Counted from the first letter of the stretch, positions 13,808 through 25,455 are shown. The stretch: 64,000 nucleotides of DNA from an uncultured cyanobacterium (GCA_963803805.1 CAWDOD010000001.1:1-64000); one strand, 5' to 3'. A program made the numbers and translations. Notes: generated by a model not told the origin, from the sequence alone.

Positions 13808-14649
13808 GATTTCTGGGGTTTTGGTGCTTGAATCTCTGTTTTTGGAGGTTTGAGTTACTATTTATTGCATATATGCGTTGCATTGTATGGTTGCGTTGCT
13901 GCAATCCCTTGTCCCGTGTAGGTTTGCAGGTTTAGCTTGTTATTGCCTGCATACTCTGTTGTCTCTTGAACTATGGCATTCTCCATATCTTTTGGGTATT
14001 ATATGCTCTAAAACTCGCTATTTATTCTCATGTGGTTACGATTTTCCATAACTAGTTCTTGAATTAGGCTTTTAAATAGTCGGTTTCTGAACCTCTACAA
14101 GTATGGGTTGCAAATGCAATCCTTTACAGGTAGAGGCTTTGCAGGCGTGAATACTTTTAGGGAATAAGGCACTGCTTTATTGTACTGGTTATGATTTACT
14201 GGTTACAATTTTTATATAACTAGTATAGAGACATAACTGGTTGTATGTCTAACTCCTAAAACTAGATCACAACAGCTTTGCTTACTGATATATTGCTTTT
14301 AGCTTCACCAACTATCCCTGAATTACCTTTTTAAGGGTGGCAGAGAATGACTTTACTTTTGCTCCCACAACTCTTACTTTTGGTTTTCATGGTTCTGCTA
14401 CTTTGAGTTACAAACAGTTGGTTAAGTAGTTTGATAACCAGTCTCGTTTTTAGTTAACTAGTTCAATCTTACCTTTAAACTATCCAGTCCAACTTTCCCA
14501 AGTTTGTTCAGCAAGACTATTAATATCTTGTTACTACAAATTTTACTACCAGTAGTTAATAGTCATCAAACTTAACAACAAAGTATTTCCTTCTCTTACT
14601 GGCTACTGTAGCAGCAGCAATTTGAGATGTGATCGCCTTTCGCTAGATA

Positions 14650-15340
14650 TCTTTGCTGACTACCAGAATCAAATTTACCTCAAATACTCGCTTTGTCTAG
14701 CTTCTATGCCCTTGTACTAACATAAGCATTACTCGGTAGTCAGCAAACTCAATTATATATACTCCCCTCCCCATGACTACCTCCTTTACTGGCTATTTCT
14801 TGCTGACTACCAAAATTGAACTTGCCCCAAACAACTACTGTTCCTTGATTTGGCTAATCTAGCCTTTCCCTGACTACTACGACGGCTGAATGCGCTGCCC
14901 TTATATTCCCAGTCTTGAGGTGCGATCGCATTTCTTCTAACCTATGATTTACTTTACTTCTACACTTCTGTATTTACAACTGCATTACCCCGTAGTCAGC
15001 AAACTCAATTACATATATCCCCCTCCCTATGACTACTCCCTTACTGACTATTTTCTTGCTGACTACCGAAATCGGACATGACCCAAATACCTGCCATTTC
15101 TTGATTTGGCTTGATTGCTAAATGCGCTGCCCCAATTTTCTCCTCTTGGTTACGATTGCGATCGCCTACAGTCCAGGTGCGATCGCAATCGTAAGCTGAA
15201 ATAACTTACCCTGTCTAGCTTTTACACTCTTGTACTAACATCTGCATTACTCGGTAGTCAGCAAACTCAATAATATATAATCCCCTCTCTTTGACTACCT
15301 CCCTTGCTGACTACCAAGATTAAATAGGCTCCAAATACCC
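14650..15340. repeat. Three ~258-bp degenerate tandem units with GTAGTCAGCAA/TTGCTGACTAC motifs
   Basis: TAGTCAGCAAACTCAAT at 14737, 14993 and 15255, each followed by GACTAC copies and inverted TTGCTGACTAC. Confidence 0.85.
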
Positions 15341-15441
15341 ACCACTACTTAACCTGACTTGAACTTGATTACTTTAGTAGGCCCTTGCACAATTGTGGTT
15401 AGATAACTAGACTAAGTTTATAGACTTAGTTTTTTGTTCTT

Positions 15442-15687
15442 ATGGAAGCTATTAATATTCATCAGGCTAAAACAAACCTTTCTCGCCTACTGTCTCGTGT
15501 CGAACTCGGCGAGGAAATCATTATTTCTAACCGAGGTATTCCCATTGCTAAACTTGTTCCCTTTCGGACATCTTTAGACCGACGTTCTAGTCTGGGGCAA
15601 GACCGGGGGATGTTTACTGTGCCAGATGATTTTAATGCTTCTTTACCAGAAGATATTCTCAAGGCATTTGAGGGCGGTGCTGAGTGA
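15442..15687 (+). CDS. Phd/YefM-family antitoxin
   Basis: INIHQAKTNLSRLLSRVELGEEIIISNRGIPIAKLVP signature; overlaps the toxin start (GTGA). Confidence 0.93.
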   Translation: MEAINIHQAKTNLSRLLSRVELGEEIIISNRGIPIAKLVPFRTSLDRRSSLGQDRGMFTVPDDFNASLPEDILKAFEGGAE

Positions 15688-16079
15688 AACTTTTACTAGA
15701 TACACAATGCTGGTTATGGTGGTTTGCTCAACCAGAAAAGTTAAGTGAGAAGGTGATTGAACAAATTGCTGATGAAACCAATGAAGTTTGGTTTTCCGTT
15801 GCTAGCGTTTGGGAGATGGGAATTAAGGTTTCTATTGGTAAGTTACCACTACCAGAGCCAATAGATGATTATGTCTCTACTCGAATGAGGAGACTAGGTG
15901 CTAGATCCTTAGAGATTACTGCTAGTCATGCTTTGCGAGTGGCTGCGTTGCCTTTACATCATCGTGATCCTTTTGACAGAATGCTCATTGCACAAGCTCA
16001 GTTAGAAGATATGACGCTTGTGAGTGCAGATTCAACTTTTAATCAATACGAAGTTTCTTTACTCTGGGCAGCTAGTTAA
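15684..16079 (+). CDS. vapC: PIN-domain toxin VapC
   Basis: LLLDTQ, SVASVWEMGIK, HRDPFDRMLIAQA, LVSAD motifs. Confidence 0.95.
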   Translation: MKLLLDTQCWLWWFAQPEKLSEKVIEQIADETNEVWFSVASVWEMGIKVSIGKLPLPEPIDDYVSTRMRRLGARSLEITASHALRVAALPLHHRDPFDRMLIAQAQLEDMTLVSADSTFNQYEVSLLWAAS

Positions 16080-16140
16080 GGAAGAGTTGATTTGCTCAAC
16101 TGGTTATTATTTACTTAACTGATTGTCTGGTTTATACAGA

Positions 16141-17848
16141 TTACGCTATTAGTTCGATGAGCATTTCCGGATTCCTATGAGGTTCTGGCTTATGTCTGCT
16201 GTTGTGATAGTTGTCAGGTTGACCATCTTTGGTTAAGCCATGCTTGTTGATATGGTCGAGGATGTAGTGGTTATGGGCATCAAACCATTTTCTGATTAAC
16301 TGGGCGTTACTGCCTGATATTGAACGGATTAACTGGGTGTTGGGAATTACTTTTTTTTCTTTGCTCTGCTTGTGGAGAGAACTGGTTGTTCCATTTCATT
16401 ACTGCTTCTACTGAACGCCTGATTCTCTCTTCTGCTGAACCTCTCCCCCTAGCTGGCTTTTCATGTTCCCCTAGACCAAAAAGTTCGTCTTTGCTGATAC
16501 TCTCCCAGTCCCTGGTTTGAGGTTTGCTCTTTATTTGGACTAATTTCGGTTGAGATTCAGCTTGAAGTTTCTGCTGCTGAAGTATGTCTTCTAACTGGTT
16601 AACTTTTTGCTTCTAACTGGTTGATTCTCTCTTGACTACTTTTCTGGTAGCTTTCTAGTTGCTGTTTTAGTTGTTCTATTTCAGTTTGTTGTTGCTGTTC
16701 TGGTTTGCTCTGACTCTGGTTGGATGTTTTGATGAGGAGGGGAAGGGAGCCTTTCTGATTAAGGGTACTTTTATTCCATCTGGTACATAGTAGGCTCCAT
16801 AGCCTATTGAGTAGGTTAGTTTACTGAGGTCTGCGTCTGTTAAGGCTTGACCATTTTCACCTTCGATTAGATGCCCTGCTAGTTTGGCTGCGGCTATTGA
16901 TTTGGCTGTCATGCTACCTTGAACGTCACGGGCTACTGCTAGAGCACAGGTAAGCACTTCTGAGGTCGGTGGCAGAGTTGAGGTCGTTTTCTCCATGTTC
17001 GTTGGGTCTGGGGGTTAGTATGCTTTGGAAGTGTTTGTCGATGATACGGTTGTAACGTTTGTTTGTTCGCCTGTCTATGGCTCTGTTTTGTTCAGCTTTG
17101 TCTGAGTACCTATTTGGCAACGATTGATGACCAGATCCTTTGATATTCATGATGTTGTTTGAACTGTTGACTTTTTTTGAGGAAGTATTTTGCTTCTACT
17201 AATGCGGCGATCGCAAATTCTGGTATGACAGTGTTTTCTCTTTTTTTGCCTTGCCCTGAGAACATGACTGCCCATTTCTCACCTTCGATGGGACTAAATT
17301 CTCCTCTGAATAGTTCGTGGGGTCTTCTTCCAGAGGCGGCTATTAGTCCTGCTCCCAGGTGAGCAAAGTCGGGGTTTTCTAGTAGTTGGTAGGTTTTTTC
17401 TATGTGTTGAGTCTGGTTTTAGATGGTAGCTTTGAGCGTTTTTGGCTCTTTCTAAGATGCGGGTGGTTTTGTTACGTTTTTCCCACTCGTCGGGAATTTT
17501 ACCGTCTGGGTAGAATTTTGATTTACTTAGACCACAGTATTTGAAGAAGTAATGTTTTAGTTCGTAGGCTCTAATGTTGCCATTGCCGTCTAGTTTGGTG
17601 GTTTTTTGGGCGTTTTTTCCTTCTACTAGAAGTATGCTTTTGATGAGTTTGTTGTAGCCTGCGCTGCTCATTTTGCTCCCCAAGGAGGAGACGGAAAAAC
17701 GATTTCTCAGATATTTGTCTTCTTGAGAGGCTATTTGAGCAATCTCATCTTCGCTCATTAAGGGACGTATTGCCTCAACTACTAGCTTGGCTCGTTCTTT
17801 GAGGTTACTTTGTTTTTTTGCTTCCTCGTATATCTGTTGAGATTTCAT
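16141..17848 (-). CDS. Protelomerase / telomere resolvase, about 570 aa if indels are corrected
   Basis: Across frames: GLIAASGRRPHEL (catalytic R), FSGQGKKR (K), DLRSAY (RxxY), KLAGH (H), YSIGYGAYY (Tyr nucleophile region). Followed by a coiled coil and a C-terminal domain ending MLIELIA*. Motif order resembles TelN/TelK/TelA. Confidence 0.85.
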
Positions 17849-17865
17849 TCCTCAATTGCTCTTTA

Positions 17866-17926
17866 CTTAACTAGTTACAGTTTATATTAACTAGTTAATC
17901 TAGGCAAGTTTCTCTAACTGGTTATT
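17866..17926. promoter_or_regulatory. Three TAACT(A/G)GTTA palindromic boxes upstream of the protelomerase gene
   Basis: TAACTAGTTA twice and TAACTGGTTA once within 60 bp of the start codon region. Confidence 0.45.
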
Positions 17927-18033
17927 AAACCTGATTCGATTCTCTTACAAATATTATAAGCTTTAGTAACGTAGGCAGTAAGCTGTTTTTAACATTTCCC
18001 AAAGCTCTCCCAACTGCTCCATTAGCGGCTCTA

Positions 18034-19421
18034 TTATACTCGACCAGAGCATTGTCCAGGCCCAGCAATATCTTTCAGTCTTTGCATCCCTCGCCACAAT
18101 GTTTTTACTCCTGGCTCTCCATCACATTTTCTCCCTAAAAATCCTCCTAAACTGGCTATCCATCTTACACATTGATAGATTGTTGGTGGCTTTTCTGGTA
18201 TTGGTGTCGTTTTTCCGATGGTGTCTTGATGAATGGTGAAGTACAGAGGCAGCCATTCTTCTTCACTCAAGGCTACTGTTGCTGGTTGCTCTGGGTTTTC
18301 CCTTGAAGAGTAGATTAACCATAGCAGTCTCCAGGCTACTATGCTGTAGGTTTCTAAGGCTCTTTCTATACGCTCTGCTTTCTTTAGTTGCAGTTTTTCT
18401 AGGTTACAGCCACTCTTTAAGGTGTAATGATACCGCTCTATCAACCAACGGTAAGAGTACAGTTCTAGAATTTTTTCGCTTTGCTTTAAGCTGTTTACTT
18501 CTAAACTTGTTAGTAATAGCCACACTACTGGCTCTTCTCCTGGTGGTGGATTTTCTTCTTCTGCCAGTATTACTTGAGTTGTTAGCTTTTCCTTTTTTTC
18601 TTCTGCTGATGCTGACTCCGGTGGTCTTAATGGTACTGTTCCATACCTTATAGACAGAAGAGCTGTCCTCACTTTTTTCCTTTTCGGTGTTCTCTGTAGT
18701 TTGATAGTTATTTTTCCTTTTCTGGGCAACTCTCGCACTGCATCCCATAGTGGTTGTTTTCTTCCCTTCTGTTGATTAACTCTATGCTTCGTCTATTCTG
18801 GCAAGCTCTAATGATGAAGTCCGTTTCTAGCTGTTTGTGCCTGACCAGAAGCTTGTGGATATCTGCTTCTCTGTCGGCTACTGTTATTCCTCTTACTCCT
18901 GATGGTAATGCTTCTTGACTCTTTTCTAGGCTTTCTATCCAGCGTTGAGACTCCCGCTTTTCTATGTCTTTTTTCTTTTCTTCTTGTTCTGAGCTACGAT
19001 GCTTTTTCTCTCTAGCCCATACTTTCTGTCCTATTAGTCCCATCGGTACTCCCGATGTATTCGCACATAGGGTTGAGTGGACTTTTAATCCTTGCCTGCC
19101 TTCTCCACTGAGCCTTCCCATGCCTTGTTTGTGCTGATGGCTATAATCTAGTTCTGTTGTGTCTTGGATTAAGAGTACATAGTTTAGCTCGGAGATTCGC
19201 TCACTTGTTTTGGCTGTATGTGCTTTGATAATCTTTCCTAGTTTTATCCGTCTGTTAGACCAAAAGTCATACAACCCTTGAAGTGCTGCATCATCTCTTG
19301 CTGCTTGAGTGACGCTGGCGTTAGGTTGCTCTGCTAAGTCTTCTACTATTTTTACTAATCGTTTGTTTCTCCTTGTATCCCCTAAGTCTGCATACTTAAG
19401 TTCTTCAGTTACCCAATTCAT
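18034..19421 (-). mobile_element. IS4 family (IS50/Tn5-like) transposase, one frameshift near 18740-18770
   Basis: LGDTRRNKRL, IQDTTELDY, VADREAD, YSYRWLIERYHYTLKSGC, LGGFLGRKCDGEPGVKTLWRG. Confidence 0.92.
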
Positions 19422-20103
19422 CTTTCTTCCTCCCTGATGCTATTTGAAGAATATTGATGTTCTTATTGCACTCTCACATTTTCTTTTTATTTATTACTAA
19501 CGTCTCTTGTTTATACATCGTTACTAGTTATTTTATCTCTAAACTAGTTAAGAAATAAAGGTTGTTTTATTTTCGATTTATGAAGTTATTTTTCTATTTT
19601 TTTAGCTGTCTTTGTGCTTTACTCACATTTTACTTTATTGTCTAGTTTGACAATTTGCTTCTATTGCTATATTATATGTCTCTGTTATTATTTCTCTTTA
19701 CTTATTTTTTCTCTTTAATCCTTCTATGCCTTATCAAACAAAAGTTTTCAGGTTTTCTTTTATTTATTGACTTTTTTTTCTAGTCGTTAGTTTTCTTTCT
19801 CTTTTCTCTTTTTTATCTTCACTTTTACGAGACTATTTACTCGCATTTTTACCACTTTCTGTTGACTTATTTTACTTTCTGTAAATTCGTGATTTCTTTT
19901 TCTTTCTCTGTCTGCTTTCTGGCTTTTTTGTACTTTCTTTTACTTCTTTTAAGCACTTCTACATCTATCTTTATTACTCTAATTGTTTTTTGATTATTTT
20001 TAACTTTTTTGTTGCTTTCTTTTTACTTGTATTGACTTCCTTTTAGAGCTAAACTTTACCTCTTAATTTCTCTCAAATTCTCCCTTTTTCTGAGACTTTT
20101 CTA

Positions 20104-20619
20104 TTGAGGTTTGTTCGACTAAGGCATAGCCAAATGATTAAGTATGCTACTGCTCTGAGGTTGGGTACTGCTGAGACTGAGGCTATTCTGAAGCGTTTTA
20201 CTCGTTCTAATTTGACTCATCCTACTTATCGGGCTTTGGCAGAGTTGGGTAAGGCTCTTAAGACTATTTTCCTTTGTCAGTATCTTCATTCTGAGTCTCT
20301 GCGTCGGGAGGTTAATGAGGGGCTTAATGTTGTTGAGAGTTGGAACCGTGCTAATGGCTTTATTTTCTTTGGTAAGGCTAGAGAGATTACTACTAATCGT
20401 TTACAAGACCAGGAGATTGCTGCTTTGTCTTTGCACCTTTTGCAGTCTTGTTTGGTTTACATTAATACTTTGATGATACAGGAGGTTTTGTCTGATTCTG
20501 CATGGATGAGCAAAATGCAAGCTGATGATTTTCGCGCTTTGACTCCACTCATTTGGAATCACATCAACCCTTATGGTACTTTCCGTCTTAATCTTGATGA
20601 AAGGCTTCCCCCTGGTTGA
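20104..20619 (+). pseudogene. Tn3-family transposase C-terminal fragment
   Basis: [48 protein letters not shown]; abuts the IS end at 20611. Confidence 0.9.
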
Positions 20620-21641
20620 CTGACAAAACTTATGTTGGATGATAAGAGTAAGTTTGCACCTGGAACTCAAATTGATAAAGTCGTTGTTGATGTTGCTTGC
20701 GTGATGCCATAGCCGGTGAAGGGTCTTGATTAGTCCTAAAGCAAACTCTATCAATGAGCTTCCATCCCTGAATGAAGGCTCCTTTGACCCAGTCCCAACC
20801 AATACGCAGATAACTGTTACCACGAAACCAATGAGTATCAACCCATCTTCTCTTCTGGGACTCGACAACCTCAACCCCTTGGGCGCTCAGGTAGAGGGTA
20901 GCCACAGCCAAGATAAAGAACAATCTCGACAAGGCACAAACATCTCTAATGGATGAACGTTGAATATTCCAGGCTTGGGACTGGTCATCAAGGAAATTCT
21001 CTTCAATGTCGAAACGTAAACCATATTCAGAAAAAGTTTGTAGAGTGGTTTTTTCATCACTGACAATAGCCCAGAACTCTCCATTGACATTGTCACGCCC
21101 CACAATGACATTGACTAACCGAGACTCAGTCTGTTTATGTAGTCCCACATGATGTAAACAAAGTGCCTCTCCTCGATTAAAGTGGAAATCTTGGAGTTGA
21201 CACCAGCCTTTTCCTCCTCGTTTTATCCAGCTACTCTTTTTCAACCGAATACGATAATGCCATCCTAATTGAGTGGTCAACATCTCCATCAACTCACTAT
21301 GAGCAAACCCTCTATCTGCCAATAGTATTACTTTTACCCTTGCTGGTAATCTTTTGTCTGCTTGTTGGAGCATTTGTTGATAATCTCGGAAAGATACACT
21401 AGGGCTACTATTATCCAGATACAGGTTGTTAGATGCCCAAGATGTTTCCAATCGCTGCCTTGACCTAGCCATGAATTCAAGGCATTGTAAAGAGGGGAGC
21501 TTTTTTTCATCGTATTGCGAAAGATTTGAGTGGTTTCTTTCTTTCACAATCGGCGGCTCCCCCCCTTTTGTCAACTCCGTCAATCTCTTTCTCCTCTTTG
21601 GTATTTCCTCTCTACCTAATATTTTTTGTCAGTCAATCAGG
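20611..21641 (-). mobile_element. IS4-superfamily element with internal deletion
   Basis: TIRs CCTGGTTGACTGACAAAA / TTTTGTCAGTCAATCAGG. Transposase lacks about 300 bp present in the mirror copy. No target duplication visible. Confidence 0.85.
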
Positions 21642-21998
21642 TCACAGCCCTCTCTAGAGCAGTTTAGAGTTGATGGAGCTACAGTTCGCAAAAACTTTAC
21701 TAAAACTATTAAAGACAAAGGCGGGGATGCTAGCTGTTACAAGAAATCTACAGAAGCTTTAACTCAAGAAGTTTTAGGTTGCAATACGATAAGTCTTTAC
21801 CAAGAGACAAGGGCAAAGCTAGGTGATCGCTCTACTTTGCCGGAGAGGGACCAGGAAGCTTTGATGACAGGTGAAATCGTTGCTACCCATGACCTGAAGA
21901 GAAAGCCTATTTCTGGTACGCAACAGCAGCGCAATGAGCAAATAGTTACTAGTGTTAGTGATTCAGCTAAGAAAACTAGGAAGTTGTTTCCTTGGTAG
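21642..21998 (+). pseudogene. 5'-truncated hypothetical gene (weak DinD-like resemblance)
   Basis: Open frame begins at the IS boundary; the family guess is by eye only. Confidence 0.4.
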
Positions 21999-22196
21999 CT
22001 GAAGCATCTGCCTGAATACGATTTTACGAAATCCTTTCTTTGCGATCGCCTTGCTACGCTTTAGCGGATGAGCCTGATAAAAGTTAAACAAAAAGGCTTC
22101 AACCTCCTTGCCTATTGCTCATTGGTAATAAGTGAAGGAGTCTGGTAGATTCTTTAGTTTTGAGGTTGATTAATAAGACAGAAATTAATGCTCAAG

Positions 22197-22354
22197 ATGA
22201 AAAATACGCTGAATTACGTTTTCGCCTTAAAGATAGGATAGATATAAAGGAAGATAGTTTGAGATTTTATCCTATCTCAGGGCATAACTTAGATAGGGTA
22301 GAGGTTTGGGGTGGTCTTCCTATTACGAAAGATCATGGTTCAACTGTCATTTAA
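22197..22354 (+). pseudogene. cas2: cas2 3' half
   Basis: YAELRFRLKDRIDIKEDSLRFYPIS...RVEVWGG...STVI* matches the Cas2 C-terminus. The N-terminal YD motif is absent. It directly precedes a leader. Confidence 0.8.
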
Positions 22355-22541
22355 GTCTAGTTGCGGGCAGTCTCAGAAAATCTCTGAAACCCCCATTCTT
22401 TCGTTGAGATGGCCCATCCATTACTCTGTAAGGATTTGAGGTGCTTTTTTCTTATTGTTTTATTCGTCAACATAGATGTTTTTAGGGGATGAGCCAAACC
22501 GCTTCTAGACACTATGCAGGGTAAGGGTTTAAAATGAGGGG
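22355..22541 (+). promoter_or_regulatory. CRISPR leader (type A)
   Basis: Ends CCGCTTCTAGACACTATGCAGGGTAAGGGTTTAAAATGAGGGG; near-identical to 41309-41496. Confidence 0.85.
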
Positions 22542-23171
22542 GTCACGACTTCCATTAGGAAGTAAAGAAGTTGAAACGACTGATTTTGATTGTTACTCAT
22601 AATGATAAGTACCTAGAGGTCACGACTTCCATTAGGAAGTAAAGAAGTTGAAACTTCTCTATTTTTGTACACTTTAAAATCCTTAGAATTCGTCACGACT
22701 TCCATTAGGAAGTAAAGAAGTTGAAACGAAGAATTTTCTGGACTTGTCATAAAATCAGACCTCGTCACGACTTCCATTAGGAAGTAAAGAAGTTGAAACA
22801 TATTTTTTATATTCTGCCCAGAAGAAAGTGTCTTCTGTATGTCACGACTTCCATTAGGAAGTAAAGAAGTTGAAACCCAAATATTTTTTCTGCGGGCGTT
22901 CTTGTCACTACAAGTCACGACTTCCATTAGGAAGTAAAGAAGTTGAAACGGGTAGGGGTCAGCGGGAGGAACTTCCTCATCGCCTGGGTGTCACGACTTC
23001 CATTAGGAAGTAAAGAAGTTGAAACCATGGATAGCCCACTTGGGCTATTTTAATTTCCGCAGTCACGACTTCCATTAGGAAGTAAAGAAGTTGAAACTCT
23101 TCCCATCTTTCTAGTCTTATTTCTTCTCTATTTGAGTCACGACTTCCATCAGGAAGTAAAGAAGTTGAAAC
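22542..23171 (+). CRISPR. CRISPR array, 9 repeats / 8 spacers
   Basis: 36-bp GTCACGACTTCCATTAGGAAGTAAAGAAGTTGAAAC at 22542, 22619, 22692, 22764, 22841, 22914, 22990, 23062 and 23136. Orientation from the leader and the GAAAC 3' end. Confidence 0.98.
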
Positions 23172-23327
23172 ACTAGTCTGATTTCTTTTAGTCACTTTAT
23201 ACGCAATAACTTCCATACTAACTTGCACTTTTTAGCATCAAATCAAAAATCAGGAAGCATCACCACAGTTACTCAGCTTAGCAGTAGCTGTTAGAATAAG
23301 TACTTTTGTTCTATTAGTTCCTGTTTT

Positions 23328-24229
23328 ATGTGGCTCAAATATGGTCTGAGCCGAAGATGGCAACCTCATTCCTGTCGAAGATGTACCCAAAGGTAAAACT
23401 AATTTGATTTGCCTTTACTGTGGCGATACTTTAACTGCTAAGAAAGGTAAGGTTAAAGTTCATCACTTTGCACATAGCCATGCTACTTGTAAACTCAGTG
23501 GCCCGCCGCAAAGTCCCTTCTTTACCCCTTTACGACAATTTTCACCTCCATCTTTCTCCCCAGGAATTGCTACAACATCAACAACTATGGCGAGAATATG
23601 GTCATACGAACTATTCTCCTGTCCATGTCCCTTTTAGTCTGGTTTTGAAGAAGCTTTTTGCTTGGAATAATCAACTACAACCCCCTGGCTATGGCTTCAC
23701 TAACTTGGGTAAGATTCCTGTCAATGCCTTGTCTCTCCAAGAGTTTAACCAAGTTCAGGAACCTTTACTCCTGGAGAAGTTGCAGCAATTTCACTCTGCC
23801 TTTAACATAGCTAAGCTCACTAATTCAGCTTCTTTAGCTGTGAAACAAGCCGACTGGCAAATGTATTGCGCCCAATTGCGGCGTATTTTAGAACTCCAAC
23901 TCTACTTTTTAAGGGTGTCTACCTCCGCAAAAACCATTTACAAAATTGGTGTTACTAAACGCACTATTGAGGAACGAGTAGCTGAGGTGACTAGAGATGT
24001 CAGAAAGCATTTAGGCAAGCTTCACATAGAAGTATTAGGCACTTGGCCTCATAGGGGTAATGTAGAACTTTACTTTAAACACCGTTACAAGGATGACAAT
24101 TATCCTTTAGGCAAACTAACAGAGTATTTTGATTTTGCGGATGTGGAGCCTGTGGCAGCAGATTTGCAGGCGATGGAGGCTAAGGTTTTACAGGCTGAGG
24201 AGTTGGATTTGTTGAAGCTTTTCCTCTGA
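23328..24229 (+). CDS. CoiA-like Zn-finger plus GIY-YIG/T5orf172-like nuclease domain protein
   Basis: CLYCG...KVHHFAH; LYFLRV...IYKIGVTKRTIEERV. Indels differ between arms, so the gene is probably intact. Confidence 0.7.
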
Positions 24230-24955
24230 CCGGGTGTTCATGTTTCCCTAAACCAAAAAGTTCGTTTCTGCTGATACTCTCCCAGTCCCTGGTTTGAGTT
24301 TTGCTCTTTATTTGGACTGTTTTCGGTTGAGATTCAGCTTGAAGTTTCTGCTGCTTAAGTGATGTTTCTAACTGGTTAACTTTTTCTTCTAACTGGTTGA
24401 TTCTTTCTTGACTACTTTTCTGGTAACTTTCCAACTGCTGTCTTAGCTGTTCTATTTCAGTTTTTTCTTCTTTATCTTCTTCTGGTTGTAGTTGTTCAAT
24501 ATTTGCTTCTGATGAAGAGGGAAGCTCAAGTAAGGGAACTTCTACTCCATCTGGTACATAGTAAGCTCCGTAGCCTATTGAGTAGGTTAGTTTGCTTAGG
24601 TCTGCGTCTGTTAAGGCTTGACCATTTTCTCCTTCGATTAGATGCCCTGCTAATTTAGCTGCGGCTATTGTTTTGGCTGTCATGCTACCTTGAACGTCAC
24701 GGGCTACAGCTAAGCATAGGTAAGCACTTCTTAAGTCTGTGGCAGAGTTGAGGTCGTTTTCTCCATGGTCGTTGGGTCTAGGGGTTAGTATGCTTTGAAA
24801 TTCTTTGTCGATGATACGGTTGTAACGTTTGTTTGTTCGCCTGTCTATGGCTATGTTTTGTTCTCCTTTGTCTGAAGTTTTGGCGATAATCGATGACCAG
24901 ATCCTTTGATATTCATGATGTTGTTTGAACTGTTGACTTTTTTTGAGGAAGTAAG
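24222..24955 (-). pseudogene. Second, internal fragment of the protelomerase gene
   Basis: Close copy of about 16445-17190 (DLRSAY, LAGH, coiled coil); lacks the N-terminal GRR/K motifs and the C-terminus. Confidence 0.85.
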
Positions 24956-25182
24956 TAGTCGTACAAAATTCTTTGTATATTTACCATTTAGTTATACATC
25001 CGTTCCCCGTTCCCCGTTCCCGATCTCAGCAAAATGTTCAATTAATTTTGTCTAAGTACTTATGGATGGTTACAAGAAAGCTACTGATGATTTTGTAACT
25101 ACAATCTCAGTAGCTTATGGTGTGGACAAATTGTCCACATTTCTTGCCTCTACAAATTAGGCTAGTTGAAGCTAGCCTAATT

Positions 25183-25422
25183 TTAATTGACATGGCTGCT
25201 AGTATCAGGGATTGCTGCTTTATTTGCCTTGCGGAAGCAAGTTCGACATATTGGAGGTTTTTTTCTGACAAGCCATCTTATTCTTTTGCAAAGACCGCAC
25301 ATTCCTTTGCGGTCGCCTCTTTTCTCTTCTAACTTCTGCCTGTTTTTTTTGTTGTACTTCCTGCGGCTGCTACGTCCTTTTTCGGAGTGATTGTATTTTT
25401 TTTGAGGGTCAGGAGTTGTCAT
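25183..25422 (-). CDS. Small basic hypothetical protein (CxxC ... CxxC)
   Basis: MCGLC...PICRTC suggests a Zn finger; follows the 236-aa gene on the same strand. Confidence 0.45.
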   Translation of the reverse strand: MTTPDPQKKYNHSEKGRSSRRKYNKKNRQKLEEKRGDRKGMCGLCKRIRWLVRKKPPICRTCFRKANKAAIPDTSSHVN

Positions 25423-25455
25423 GGTAAAATGCTTGTGGTTTCTGTGACAAGAACC

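Noticed and set aside
21426-21641. N-terminal part of the 190-aa ORF
   Set aside because: Antisense read of the IS end; only 21642 onward looks like a gene remnant.
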